Positions 41,842 through 55,352 of a stretch of 64,000 nt of DNA are shown in pieces. The DNA comes from Eledone cirrhosa. Its lineage: Eukaryota. A program made the position numbers and the translations under genes. Below the pieces are notes generated by a model. It did no database searches. It had not been told where the DNA came from and worked only from the letters and a program-made list of their open reading frames with translations. Position 1 is the first letter of the stretch; each line of letters opens with the position of its first letter. The stretch covers positions 65,844,001-65,908,000 of the forward strand of contig OZ024741.1 in NCBI GenBank assembly GCA_964016885.1. Direction: 5' to 3'.

Positions 41842-42179
41842 TATAGACATATATATGTATCTGTGTGTGTATATATATATATGTGTGTGTTTATAACCCA
41901 ATAAAATATATTTCATACTTTGCAATGTTTGTTACCAGCTTTATCAAGCCACTTCATATATATATTCATTAAAAGTAATCTTGTTAATTTAGTTAAACAC
42001 TTCAATTAATTAATCATCAACTCAGTCATTTATTTCTCTCTTACTGAGGCTTTTTCTACGATATCCGATCTAAAATGTCTGTTATAGCTCCAGTTTTAAT
42101 GAGACACCAGGTAGTAGTCTGTTCAATGAGAACGATTACTTTTCAAGTGTAGTAAAATAAATAGAGCAATTAGTTAAGA

Positions 42180-42490
42180 ATTAAATTGATGACGGTGTAT
42201 ATAATTGGTTGATGTCTATCGTTACGAGATATACTACTGGAGCCCCCTGGCCAGGGACCTCTCGACAGGCTTTAGTGCTCGAAGAAAGCGTCAAAGTTTT
42301 TATTCTTGTAAACTGGAAACAACGCAAAACTTACGAGAAAATATACGATGGTCTCCCTCGTATTTCTGATATTGTGTGAAAGAGGAGGCTGAGATTTGCA
42401 GGCCATTACTATCGTGCCTCAAATGAAGCTATGTATCCTTTAGTGCTTCAGAAACCAACATCTGTCAAATGCCAGAGGTCGCAAGCTCTC
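42180..42490 (+). mobile_element. Decayed RTE/RTEX-like LINE C-terminal fragment
   Basis: IYDGLPRISDIV*KRRLRFAGHYYR...LVLQKP matches the RRLxFAGH motif. Confidence 0.6.
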
Positions 42491-42837
42491 CTATCGGTAT
42501 TTAAGCTCTTGGGATCTAGTCATGCATTGAAATCTATCGTTCAGTCTATTTCGGGTGGTACAAACCGTTAATCAATAAATCGACTCTCGTACATCACTGG
42601 TACTTTACTCTATACTCCCTTTCCGGAAGAAATGAAAGACACTTTGACATCGATGCTAGAAGCTGGTTACAAGACAGAGAAAGTGAGCATGGTCACCAAG
42701 ACATAACAGACGTTAACGCTCTCGTCGGAGACAGCTGAGATAATGAAAACGACTGATTATTTATTTCCTAGGAAGCCAAAGCTCTCATTTATACAAGAAC
42801 AGGTGATAATGTATTTCGTTCATTGACTTCTCAACAG

Positions 42838-42960
<123 letters not shown>

Positions 42961-43149
42961 TGTGTTTGCCTTATTACGACAATCATTTGGCCCTCAATCA
43001 TCTTTCCTTGTCTCTGTGCAATCGAAGGATGGTGTAATTCTGTATAAAGACCCAGAAAACAATATGAAGAGATACAGAACATTTCTCTTACCTTTTCTAC
43101 AACCTTTCTATTGTCGACTTTGATGTCATAGGGTCTACCTGAGCATGAT

Positions 43150-43560
43150 ATAATAATCTCATATGTAAACTCAGGAAAGACACCCAGATTAGATAGGACT
43201 ACAGTTAAGTTATTGAAAGCTGGAGGAGTCCATATATCATCGGCTATCCATACACATCTCATGAAAAGTTGGGTGGGGCACCAAGACCTCAATACTGGGT
43301 TGATAGAACCTAGATCACTACTTACAAAGGTAAAGGACAAAAATCCCATTATAACAACTTTCGTGAGATCACACTACTAGAATCTGTTGGAAAGGTAATA
43401 TCTAGGCTGATGCTGAATCGCCTTTCGGAAAATATATGTCCGCTGATTCTTATAGAAACTCTAGTTTCAGGGCAGGATGGGGACAGTGGATATGATCTTC
43501 CCTGCTAGACAGCTGCAGGAAAAATGCATAGAACAGGACATGCCTTTGTATCAAGTTTGT
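43150..43560 (+). mobile_element. Decayed RTE LINE RT fragment
   Basis: LLKAGG, TYKGKG, ITLLESVGKVISRLMLNRL and TVDMIFPARQLQEKCIEQDMPLYQ, across frameshifts. Confidence 0.85.
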
Positions 43561-43669
43561 GCGTGTATAAGTTATCCCTATTTCAACATCGGTAGCACAT
43601 CGAGTATATATGTATATCACTCTCTTTATATGTGTGTGTGCGTATATATGTAGTGTGTGTGTGTGTGTG

Positions 43670-43745
<76 letters not shown>

Positions 43746-44075
43746 AATTCCTTCCGCTGCCAGCGTGACGCGACCCGAAAGATAAATTACGGATGACGAC
43801 AGAGAAAAAGAGGAAACACATGAGTAAAGGGAGATGTGATGAAAAGGAAGATGGGGTTATATAGGACAATGAGAATGCCGGTATACAGTCACAAAACAGG
43901 CGATCACGTGGTGCTATGGAACCGAAAAAAATGGCAACAATGACATATTATGCAACCAATAGAAAAAAAAATCACAATTATAATTTTATTAAAAATAGAA
44001 TTTATAAATCGTTACCAGATTATTTTATTCAACAAATTTAAATTAAATTGTTTGCAAAAAAAAAAATAATAAATA

Positions 44076-44139
<64 letters not shown>

Positions 44140-44350
44140 CGCACTGGGGACTATCTCCAAAAGTTTCCAGGGATGGTTAAAGAAAATCGGCCCCTTCACG
44201 CTTTTTGGAACGCTTCAAAAGGCATGCTTGCTTGGAACAGCAAGAACCCTCCGATACGTCCTGAATATCTGAGGCTGCAGGTAGTGGCTTGATATTCAAT
44301 CCAACGGACTTTCCAGTTAACCAACATCAATGACTGAGATTCAAGGAATA
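44140..44350 (+). mobile_element. 3' end of an R4/Dong-clade non-LTR retrotransposon within (TAA)n
   Basis: ALGTISKSFQGWLKKIG...LQKACLLGTARTLRYVLNI*, with (TAA)n on both flanks. Confidence 0.88.
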
Positions 44351-44419
44351 ACAACAACAATAATAATAATAATAAAATAATAATAATAACAATAATGATA
44401 CTTTCTTTCTGACATATTG

Positions 44420-45170
44420 TACGCCCCAGTTTAGTGGGTATATCTCAGCTGCACCCTGCAGATAAAATCTTGAAAGCATTGCCGTGGAGAACAACCAACA
44501 ACACCCACCTCATCAGCCACTCCACTCTCGCGGGGGGGCCCCTTCATCAGATAGGAAGTACTCCTCCCAATTTAGCAGAGGGAAACGGCAGTTTCGGGAC
44601 CGAAGACATTAGAGTTCTCAACAGCGACCGGCTCGAAAAGAGAGCGGTCGGTCAAGTCTCGGTGTTTGGAAATATCCCACTCGTCTACGTTAGGGATGGC
44701 AGTTTTTGAGTTTCTGACAAGGTTGGCGGTGGGGAACGTGCCATAGCACGTGGTGTCCCAGATTAGAGATTTACTCTCCTCGAAAAAGAAAAAGGTTATT
44801 CCGTCTGGGCGTTTGTCATCACCACGGGCGGCAGGCTCTATCTGTGATGGGAACCCGGCTGCGTCAAGGCTCATTTTGATGACATCATTCAAGGCGGGGA
44901 ACCGATCTGCACTAAAGCGACAAGGCAGCTGATGTCCGAACACTTCAACCGTAGCTCAACAACGGCATTTGCATGGCTTACACACGCAGATGCAATGGCG
45001 CAGAGCCACCCCAATGCGAATGTAATCATTCACCATCAAGAAAAATTTAGTAATTAAACACTCAAATGCGTTATACATGTTTGAGGCTCTATAGAGTGGT
45101 ATATATTCGGGGTTATCAACAATAGAGTTAGAGCGGTGGAATGTAGGCATAAGTGCAGAGCTCCACAACG
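44420..45170 (-). mobile_element. CRE-like non-LTR retrotransposon fragment with a restriction-like endonuclease
   Basis: IRIGVALR..CVCKPCKCRC, then LNDVIKMSLDAAGFPSQIEP...DDKRPDGIT...LIWDTTC (PD..D endonuclease motif). Confidence 0.8.
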
Positions 45171-45189
45171 TCTGTCACATTCTCCCAAA

Positions 45190-45375
45190 TATAATTGTTT
45201 CTACTTTTGGCACAAGGCCAGCAATTATCCAGTACATTACTGGTACTTTATTTTATCGACCTCGTAAGGATGAAAGGCAAAGTTAACCTCGGCGGGATTT
45301 GAATTCAGAATGACAAGGGCCGTAACTCTATGCGTCAAAGCATGGCGTCCGACCCTCTACCGATACTGCCAATCC
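45190..45375 (-). mobile_element. SINE family A (short-tail variant)
   Basis: Full head, core and tail, in reverse complement. Confidence 0.9.
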
Positions 45376-45564
45376 ATTAATTTGGTAAGCTGACACATAG
45401 TTTTTTGGCATTTCTTGCTCTGACTCTCCAAGAATACTATGGCTGCATTTTATACAACACAGTTCACATTCGTTCACACCAAGCTATATGACATACGACT
45501 CTCTCTCACAACTTTGAATATTTCAACAACGTTGCTATGTAACAAAAATGTTTAACGATTTAAA

Positions 45565-45842
45565 ATAATGAAAATTATTGTGTACAATGCTCAGGTGCAC
45601 TACAATTAATCAAAGGTGCATGTATATTGCATGGAATAATGTACAAATGTCAGGAAAGTGAACAGTGTATGAGTCATGATATACACCCAGATACATGCGT
45701 GCGTGTATATGGAGGGGGTATATCAGGTGTAGTGTTGGCGAATTTCAGGAAGCATGGAAGTTTTGAAGGATGCAGTGTCCTGACAGCTAACAACTGATAC
45801 AGATAGTTTATTCCATGCTTCAGCAACTCTGAGCGTGAAAAA
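45565..45842 (-). mobile_element. CR1/L2-type LINE 3' end (second copy)
   Basis: Matches 1712-1950 and 58200-58475. Confidence 0.8.
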
Positions 45843-46759
45843 TCACTCATTTCTGACTCCTTGGTGCAGTTGTCAAGACAAGTAGGGTTGGTGAAAGGAG
45901 GAGAGTATACCAGGGTGAGTTATGTGCCCCAGTGTTCTGAAATACACGGCCCACAATGGCGTTGCTCAATATCCCCATTTCTGCCTGTAGAAACTTAACC
46001 GTTGTTAATTGGGTTTCTTCCAAACAGTCCCCTGAAAATCCAATCTTTGCAAACGTAGGGTGACAAAGAAATTTCTCCAAGAGTTAAACCCTTTGAGATT
46101 AAATCATGGCACCAATTTAATAATGAGAAAGTTATTTTACTAAATCTCTTAAAATTCTTAATTATTAAAAAAATGTTTTCAAAAAAGGGGGGAGGCAGCA
46201 AATTTCATTAGAAGATGGATGGATAACATCCATGAACGTGATCTCATTTCGGAATCCAGCCGGATCAGTTGGAGATGGTTGCTTCTGACAGGACCCACTG
46301 GAAGGAGTGTTTGAGGACTCTGCCTCCACGACCCTTTCAGGAATAAGTGGGAGAAGAAGAAATGGTAACGGAATGGTTAACGCAAAAATAAAGTTTGTAA
46401 TGATTTGTATATTCTTCATAAAACGGTGAAAACCATTGTACACGTAACACACATACAGGCACAGCTTTACTGTTAGCAGTCTCGCCTGTGAATTCATACA
46501 TGTCTTACCTAGAACCTCAAATGATTCAAATGTACATATATGGTAACGAAAGGGTTAAGTATCTTTGGCTACTCTCAACCTGCTAATATCGTTACCCACA
46601 AGGAATGCATTGCTACTGCTGCATACAGACAGTTTCATATACATACACTTACTCTCGAGTCCCAATTATTAGGGGGAGGAAAATAAGCGGGAGGGGAGGA
46701 GAATCGGTAATTTTCCTAGCTTGTTTCTGATGATTTTTTTTTTTTTTTAGAAACTAGAA

Positions 46760-46791
<32 letters not shown>

Positions 46792-47160
46792 CTGGGTGTC
46801 TGCTGAATACAAAGCTTGACCGTTTCAGTGTACTTGATGCTCAGTTCTGGCATGAGATCTTATGTGGTTTTTTAGACTAGACATTCTTTTAAAAAGCCGC
46901 CCACATAAATACACACACACACACACACACAAATATATATATATTATCGAGTATGGTCATTGCACGATATAACATTAATAATTATCAATTAATGCTATCG
47001 TGCAATGCCTGTGCGTGAAGATTTTTTTTAACGTGAGGAAAAACTGTGCACTGGGCCAATCCCACTGAGTGACGGTGGCTATAACTCGAAAAGAAGAAAA
47101 GATTAACATCATCGTTAACTACTGAGCCGCAGGTTTTATATGTGTGTGTGTGTGTGTATA

Positions 47161-47257
<97 letters not shown>

Positions 47258-47975
47258 AGATTTGAATGGATACAGTTTAGTTGAAAGGAATTTATTGACA
47301 CGTGTTTCTATAACAGTTACATAACCTAAAACAGCTATCTACAAACTTTTAGTTATGCAGACATTCAATATTTCAATGTTATTATTTACTGTCATTTCAT
47401 CAGAATAATATTACTGAGGACCTATTTAGTTTTTATAGAGAATATTAGGAGGGAGGGGTGAAGTTGTTAGAAGAATAGTTGAAGGAGTGGTTTTTCGATA
47501 GCAGTGAGAATTCTTGGTGGCAATGAGTAATTAGATTCCCATCTGTTGTTTTGACATTTTTTATAGAATATATTATTGGTTATTTTTCTAAATCTATAGA
47601 AGGATTAGAGATAGTAAAGATATGCGTGGTTGGTTTTGTGTTTGCACTTAATTAACATTCAGACTTAAATTTTTCTTTCAAGTGTACGTATCCTTTCACC
47701 CACGCATTCACACACAAATATATTTGCACACCTCTACAAAATACATATACTCACAATTCACATATTCATACTTACATATATATACACATGCATACACATA
47801 TATATACACACATGTATTCATATACATACATACGCGCTCATGTGTATACATTTTCATACTCAACTTATCTTTATATACACACGTATAGACACACTCATAT
47901 ATACATACATACTCTAGTCCATGTGTACACACATACACATACTTACACATCCATATACACATATATACATACATA

Positions 47976-48045
<70 letters not shown>

Positions 48046-48196
48046 CATATATACATACACATACATATACACACATATACATACATACATATATATAAGC
48101 ACTTTAATACATGAATACACTTACATCTAACTATACACATCAAACATATATATATATTTACTTATTTATATACATTTTCACATATATATACATACT

Positions 48197-48254
48197 TATG
48201 GACGTTTTTAGACACATTCATTATCGCATATTTGTACCTATTCTCATCAGCATA
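48197..48254 (-). ncRNA. Degenerate hammerhead motif downstream of the Penelope ORF remnant
   Basis: tatg-CTGATGA-gaa-taggtaca...tgtgtcta-aAAAC-GTC-cata. Confidence 0.5.
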
Positions 48255-48366
48255 TCTTTTCATTATTAGTATGGTAATTTAAGGTTATTAATATATGTTG
48301 AGAAGAGATTGTTTTTATATTTTTCTAACTAGATTAAGGTTTATATAGTTGGGGGATGTCCCTCTT

Positions 48367-48535
48367 TTATGTAATATTCGGCTTGTAGTGGGGAAAAAGG
48401 GTTTTAGTTCTGTGACGGCAGAATAATGTTCGTTCAATTCTGTTATTCAGCAGTTTCTTCTTGTGTGTGATTATGTAATAAATCTCAAGATTACACAATT
48501 TGCAGAAATTTTGGCTCCTGGAAAAGCTTTGGGTT
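48367..48535 (-). pseudogene. C-terminus of a Penelope-like element GIY-YIG endonuclease
   Basis: CKLCNLEIYYII...LLNNRIERTLFCRHRTK matches the CxLCxxEKxxI...LNxRxE....CRH motif. Truncated at (TA)n. Confidence 0.75.
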
Positions 48536-48629
48536 TTATATATATATATATATATATATAGTTCAAGGAGACAACAGAGGTACAAAAAGTCTTATTAGTT
48601 TCACGCTTTATATTAGAAAGAGAAAATAA

Positions 48630-48668
48630 ATTTCGATGTGTCGGGCTTAAGCCCTTCTTCAGGAGTAC
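48630..48668 (-). ncRNA. Degenerate Penelope-type hammerhead motif
   Basis: CTGAAGA-a-gggc-ttaa-gccc-GAcAC-ATC-ga, compared with the typical PLE end CTGAnGAAGGGC..GCCCGAAACGTC. Confidence 0.55.
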
Positions 48669-49029
48669 AAATAGAGAGACGGAATCACAAAGAATGTCCA
48701 GTAAAAACACACAAAAAAAAACGAAAATGAAAAGGGGAAACAAAAATGCCGTTAGGTAGACTTGGTAACGAGTATATATACATATAATATATATATTAAA
48801 ATAACAGATTAAAGTTTAAGCAAAGAATCGCTGCTTTCACCCTTAACGTTAAATATTTGCTCTATGGTTTTTATATATTTGGATTTTAGTCTTCACATTT
48901 ATTATTATTACTATGTGTGTATGTGTGTATGTGACACTTTATCACACACGATCACATCAACATAATAGAAAAAAATGTTTATGATTTCTGCTGAAATTGT
49001 ATCATTGTTTGGATTGTTTTACATCGTAG

Positions 49030-49134
<105 letters not shown>

Positions 49135-50579
49135 TAATTTTGAGTATGTGTTGGTTATATATATATTGTTTTAGTGTGTGTGTGTGCGTTTTAGTATACA
49201 TCAAACAGTTTTGATGTTTAGTATATTTTCTTTCATCCCTTATCGAGTTGATGATTTGTTTTGGACGGGTTCATCATATTGTTTTTGCTTGAGGTGATGT
49301 TTTGATAGTGCTATTGTTATTTGCAAACTGTTTGTCGTTATATTATATATTCCACTATACTACACTAGAAAAATTCAATAAAATACCGGCTCAATACACT
49401 ATTTTGTAAATAGTGTATTGAGTTTATTTATTACATATATATAGATACATGTCCAGGCTTCGCTAACAGAAACAGACGTTAAATGATGATGATGAAGACG
49501 GTGGTGGTGGTGATGTTGATGATGATGATGATGATGATGATGATAGTCATAGTGAGCAAGATGATGGATGATAGCAGTGGTGGTGAAGATACTGATATGG
49601 AGGAGGGATGGTGATGGTAATGGTGATATATACAGATTCATTAGTGTGTGTCGGCTAAAATTCCTTGTGATATTTACTCTAGCTCTCTGCGTTATAAGCT
49701 CACACACTGCTAAGGTCAACTTTGCCTCTATAAATTGGCTTTGTTATGCTGAAAGAACAGTTGTCCAAGACTACTCCTAGTATCCTGTCCTCCAGAAATG
49801 GAAGAGGTTTGAATAAGGAGCTAGCAACATCTTCACACAGACAAACTGATATGATAGAGGTGCTGTTGAAGAATGAACCAGAATGGAACAGAAATAAAGA
49901 ATGTGTCCTGGCTCTTCATTGGTTCCAATGATGGATGTTCCAGTTGTTTGAACAATGGAACAGCCTGCTTCTGAAATTAACATGTATGTGGTTGAATATT
50001 CCACAAACATGAGTATTCTCAGGGAGATTCAGCATGACATAATGTGTCACAAAGTTGGGCCTTTTAACCTTCTATTTTAATTAATTAAGGAAGAATTGAC
50101 TAAAATTATTAATTATTTTATTACGAAGATAGTAACTTAATGTAAGGTTTTTATAGAAAATTATGCTGGAAAATTTTATTTGAAATTGGAAACCTTTAAA
50201 ATAGGTGGTTTTATTTCATAGAATCAGAGCCGGTTTTGGCTGGGTTGGTAACTAAAGGATTCAAGTACAGGTACAACTTATGTTGGGCTAGTTGCTGAGC
50301 GGACAGGAGCTATGTGAAATAAAGTTTCTTGCTTAAAGACACAACACAATGTTGGAAGTCTAACTCACAACTTTATGTTCATAAACCAAATGCCTTCACA
50401 AATAAGAGACATATTCAAGTGCACTCTCACATACACATAAATACATAATGAAAGTTTAACCCTTTTAATAACAAACTGCCTGAATCCAGCTCTGATTTTA
50501 TAATTAAAAAAAAATTTGGTATTCTAATTATGCTAATCCCGACTTAAGATCTCAGACATTATTGATATACTATATATCA

Positions 50580-50772
50580 AGGGCGGTGGATTGGCAGTAT
50601 CGGTAGAGAGTCGGACACCATGCTTTGAAGCATAGAGTTACGTCCCTTTATGATCTGAGTTCAAATCCTGCCGAGGTTAACTTTGCCTTTCATCCTTACG
50701 GGGTCGATAAAATAAAGACCCAGTAATGTACTGCGTAATTGCTGGCCTTGTGCCTAAAATAGAAACAATTAT
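50580..50772 (+). mobile_element. SINE family A
   Basis: ggcggtggattggcagtatcggtagag...gagttcaaatcctg...agaaacaatt. Confidence 0.9.
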
Positions 50773-50883
50773 TGATATACTACATTACAACCTACCTGGC
50801 ACAAATTTGTGGCAGGTGGGTTATAGTCAATTAAATCAACCCCAGTATCATCATTTTACATATGCCTTTCCATGACCTTAGAG

Positions 50884-51039
50884 CAGTCATGGACAAACAG
50901 TGGCCTGCAGGCCACATGTGGCTCATTTAGCTTTCTGAATGGTATGCCTGATGAAACATTACCTTGATTTCTTTTTTAGTATTGCAGCCTGCTTTACAAT
51001 GAACCATTTGCGGCTCATTGCTCAGGTTGCCCATGCCTG
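50884..51039. mobile_element. hAT/Charlie-like MITE
   Basis: ccttagag|cagtcatggacaaac ... ggttgcccatgcctg|tcctagag (TSD 6/8). Confidence 0.75.
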
Positions 51040-51422
51040 TCCTAGAGGATAGAAAGCAAAGTTGACATAGGCAGCATTTGAATTTAGATGATAGAGAAAA
51101 GAAACCAAATATGGTTAAAGAGTTAATCTTGTGCTTTAACCCATTAGCATTTAAACCAGCCATATCAGGACATAATTCTTTCATCCCTTTCTGTTCAAAC
51201 TGGCCATAACTGGCTGCTCATACTTATGTTTAGGTACTGTTCTCAAAATAAATAATATCAAAATTTCATAGATTCAATATTATGTGAGATAAAGCCTTGA
51301 CCACGGAAATACAATTAGTAAATGTAGAGTAATGTAAATGCTAAAGGGCTAATGATTTTTACCAATTCACAGATTTAAAGAAAATGATGAAGGAAAAGTC
51401 AAGAAAACTTGAAAGTACCTAC

Positions 51423-52016
51423 CAATTTTGTATAGTTCTTTAAATAGGATTTTACAGAGAAATTTGGAGCATTTGAAGTAGTCAAGGGGGGTATTTCATG
51501 TGATATTTTAGGTTTCTCAGTATTGTCTAGTTTACCATTCTGACTTCTTTCCACTGGTGTTTGACAATTCATGTTTCTCAATGGTGAACATGTAGAGGGT
51601 CTTATTGGGGTATTTGGCCGAACCATTATAGGAGAACTCTGATACCTCCGAAGAGGCCTAAAGTTCTGTCTGCTACAGTTTCCAGAACGATCCAAAGAAG
51701 TCCTATCTTTTGCACCTAAGTATATCGTGTCATTTGAAAAAGATCGATTGGAAGTCACCAAAGAATTTGGTGGCTTTGATATATTCGGGCATGGCATTGT
51801 TTGTAATGAGGAACCACTGTATTTTTTACAAGCCTGAAGTGAAGAATCTCTTTTCCATTTTTCTGGACCAATTTTATTTTTTACATTCAAAGCATATGAC
51901 TTTGATTTTGATTTCAATTTCGACCGATAGGCCAAAGAATGCCATAGATCAACTATTTCTTGTTTGCGATCCCATTTGGTTAAGATTTTATCCATGACAA
52001 ACAAAACGTCGGACAT
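51423..52016 (-). CDS. Probable host coding exon of an unidentified protein (Ser/Pro/Lys-rich, likely largely disordered)
   Basis: Non-repetitive frame of more than 200 codons in AT-rich DNA. ATG at 52016 (aaaATGt). Donor-like TTG|GTAGGT at 51423/51422 gives 198 codons, phase 0. No TE motif recognised. Confidence 0.55.
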
Positions 52017-52123
52017 TTTCAAAATTTCCTTTACAAATATTTCAGCAACAGGGGAATAAATTTAATCAATAGCCTTGGCAGTTTATTCCCAATGTGACGC
52101 CCACCACTAACACCAACAACACT

Positions 52124-52155
<32 letters not shown>

Positions 52156-52355
52156 CACCGACAACAAGAATTATAATAGTATGAATTGTTAAGAGATTTA
52201 GCTGCTTGTTTGAAGGTGTTTGTAAAATATTTGAAATATGTCAATAGTTACTTACTCTGGAGAGTTATAAAATGTGCAAGATTTTTGGAATGGAAATTAA
52301 AAATAAAATTTCTTTCCTTTTTTTCTTGAAAATTTTTAAAATAGATTTTGAGTTA

Positions 52356-52390
<35 letters not shown>

Positions 52391-52605
52391 TTTTGTATTT
52401 TACAATTCAAATATTTTTAATCCATATTATCATTATTAATTGGATTTCCTTTTTGGTTTGATTTAAAAAAAAAAAAGTAATTTTAAGTTCCAATAGGATA
52501 TTTCATATGTATGTATATAAATCCATAAGTGAAAGAAATAATAATATATATTTATATATCATATATATGTGTGTGTATATATATATATATAAATATATAT
52601 ATATA

Positions 52606-52636
<31 letters not shown>

Positions 52637-53355
52637 GTTATTATTATATGTACATACACATACACATATATATATATATATATATTAAAATCCTGATTAT
52701 GAAAATGGTAAAATGTCTCTAAGAATTTCTTCTTTGATAAAAATTCCTTGAAGCTTGTTGATTTTGCTGCCTTAAATCAATATACACTTCTTTCATTCTC
52801 TGGAACAGTTTTGTTTTGTTTTTATTGATTTTTTGTTTTCCTTTCTTTTTCTCTCAAGGATTATAAAACAAGATTCCAATATTCCAATACTAGGTTACCA
52901 CAACATTAAAAACTTTGGTATATATAATCCTTCGAACATACAGCTTTCGAAGGGGACACATTCACATTTCTGGTTATCACATAGAATCTTGTTCCTTCCT
53001 TCATATTCTGCCAACAAATCTCTGTGTTCTTATGTTCCTATGTTTATTGAATGTATGTATATGCCTGAGTGTGTGTATATGTATATGTCTGAATGTGTGT
53101 ATATGTGTGTAATCATATGCATGTGTGAATATATATATTTGTGAATACACAGAATCACTGACTGACCAGCTGAACGCCTTTTTGAATTCAAATATCCAAT
53201 AAATATACTGTTCATGAATTCATCTATAAAAACACTTGTATATGTGTGTGTATATACGTGCGTGTGTGTGTCTGTGTATAAGTGTGTGAAAATGTATGCA
53301 GGTATACTTATGTGTATGTGGTGATTATTTGTGTATATGACTGTATTTATATATG

Positions 53356-53403
<48 letters not shown>

Positions 53404-53583
53404 TTGTGTTATATATATATACTCACACAGTGAAACAGTAAAATCCAAAGAAACAAATAGTGTTCTACAAGTAATTCAGAAAAGTGGAATAAATTTCATA
53501 TCTTATGATTCCCCATGGTATATATTTCCATTCTATTTTCTGGAAGACTCACATCAAGTTAACAAGCATATATGTATGTATGT

Positions 53584-53641
<58 letters not shown>

Positions 53642-54085
53642 GTGTATGTATGTATACTACCAAGTGAGATGTTGAGATACAGTTATGCTCAACACAGAAA
53701 TAAATAAAACATCAACATCATCATCATCATCACCAACACTACCAACAACTACAAAACATAAAGAACTGCAGCAACAACAATATCGTCAAAAACATATAAA
53801 TAAATGTGTGTACTATTAGTGAAAGACTGTCAATCACGTGTCGAAAAATCAATAAATCACAGGTACAGATAATCCTATGATTATATATATAAATATATAT
53901 ATATGTAAATATATACACGTAGAACCCGCCTCCACTTCCTCTAAGTGTGAACCTAATAAGACTTTGTATATTTGCATCCCTGTGTTTGTTTGTTTTATTT
54001 GTTCAACCATATATATATATATATATATCAACAAAGTACCCAAATATATATATATATATATATATACATACATATATACATATAC

Positions 54086-54150
<65 letters not shown>

Positions 54151-54797
54151 CAAATATAAATTATTGTTGTTATTATTATTGTTAAAGATTACAGCTTAAG
54201 CATTTAATAAACTACATCAATGTACCTAATCTCTCAGCAAAGAGATGGTGTGTGCTTTTCTATAGACTTTATATTTTTATTTCACTATTTTATCTTTCAT
54301 CATCCCAGGCGACTGAATAAACAGAATGCCCTCCCCTCCTTCTCCCTAACACCGTCACCCAGCCTCCTAAATTGTCTATTGGTCCAGATCATCTAGAGCT
54401 GCACTGAGTTGTTGCTGCTGTTGTTGTGATAGATCACCTCTGATTGTTGTTATGGCTAACACTTGGACAGGTTTTACTGACGTCCTACAAGATGCAAAAT
54501 CTCAAAAGAAGTTTTTCAGATGTTTTAATTATAGAGGGCCCCCAGTCATACTATGTCACCATTTTTCCAGTGAGAAGTGAGATTTGAACCCAGAATGTAC
54601 AGAACTCAAACATATACTACAAGTTATCCCATTCAACACTAACAATTTGGCCAATTTTCCCCACCACCCTGGATGTGTACTTTATTTATCAACCCTAAAA
54701 AGATGAAAGATAAAATTGAATGTGTTGGGATTTGAACTCAGAACACACAGACATACGAAATACTGCAGTGCAGGCATTTTTGAAAAATATAAAATTG

Positions 54798-55352
54798 CAT
54801 TATGACTGCATCACATTAAACATTCAAGTCATTGCTTTACTTAACTACAAATCTTTACAACAATCTGTCTATGAGTAAAGATACTATAAACATTTGAATT
54901 TACAAACCCAGTATTAGATATTTTCTGCTAAATTATTACAGGATCTAAAGAGTTAATACTGCAAATGTTCACAACGATCTGTTCCCTAGTAAAATACTAT
55001 AAATTTACAATCCCAGTATTAGACATTTTCTGCTAAATCCTTACAGGATGTTAAGAGTTTATATTGTAAATGTTCACAACGATCTGTTCCTTAGTAAAGA
55101 TACTATAAATTTACAATCCCAGTATTAGATATTTTTTGCTAAATCATTACAAGATGATAAAAACTAATACTGCAAATGTTCACAACTATCTGTCCAGCAC
55201 TATGACTGCATCACATTAAAAACTAATTTCTTTACTTTAGTTTACTGAAAAATTTGACAAGCTGTTCACTAGTAAAGATACTATAAACATTTAAATTAAT
55301 AAACCTATTTTTAGATATTTTCTGCTAAATCATTACAGGATGTTAAAATTTA
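54798..55352. repeat. Tandem array (~107-bp units, about 4) derived from the TTAA-MITE
   Basis: Repeated atactataaa...tattaga.attttctgctaaatcattacaggatg, homologous to the 3' half of 61760-61970. Confidence 0.85.

Noticed and set aside
43750-43962. Promoter-like patch (TGACGC, CACGTG, CCAAT)
   Set aside because: Short motifs only, with no adjacent gene start identifiable.
46958-47007. Small hairpin cattgcacgata...tatcgtgcaatg
   Set aside because: Too short and context-free to assign; probably part of a decayed DNA transposon.
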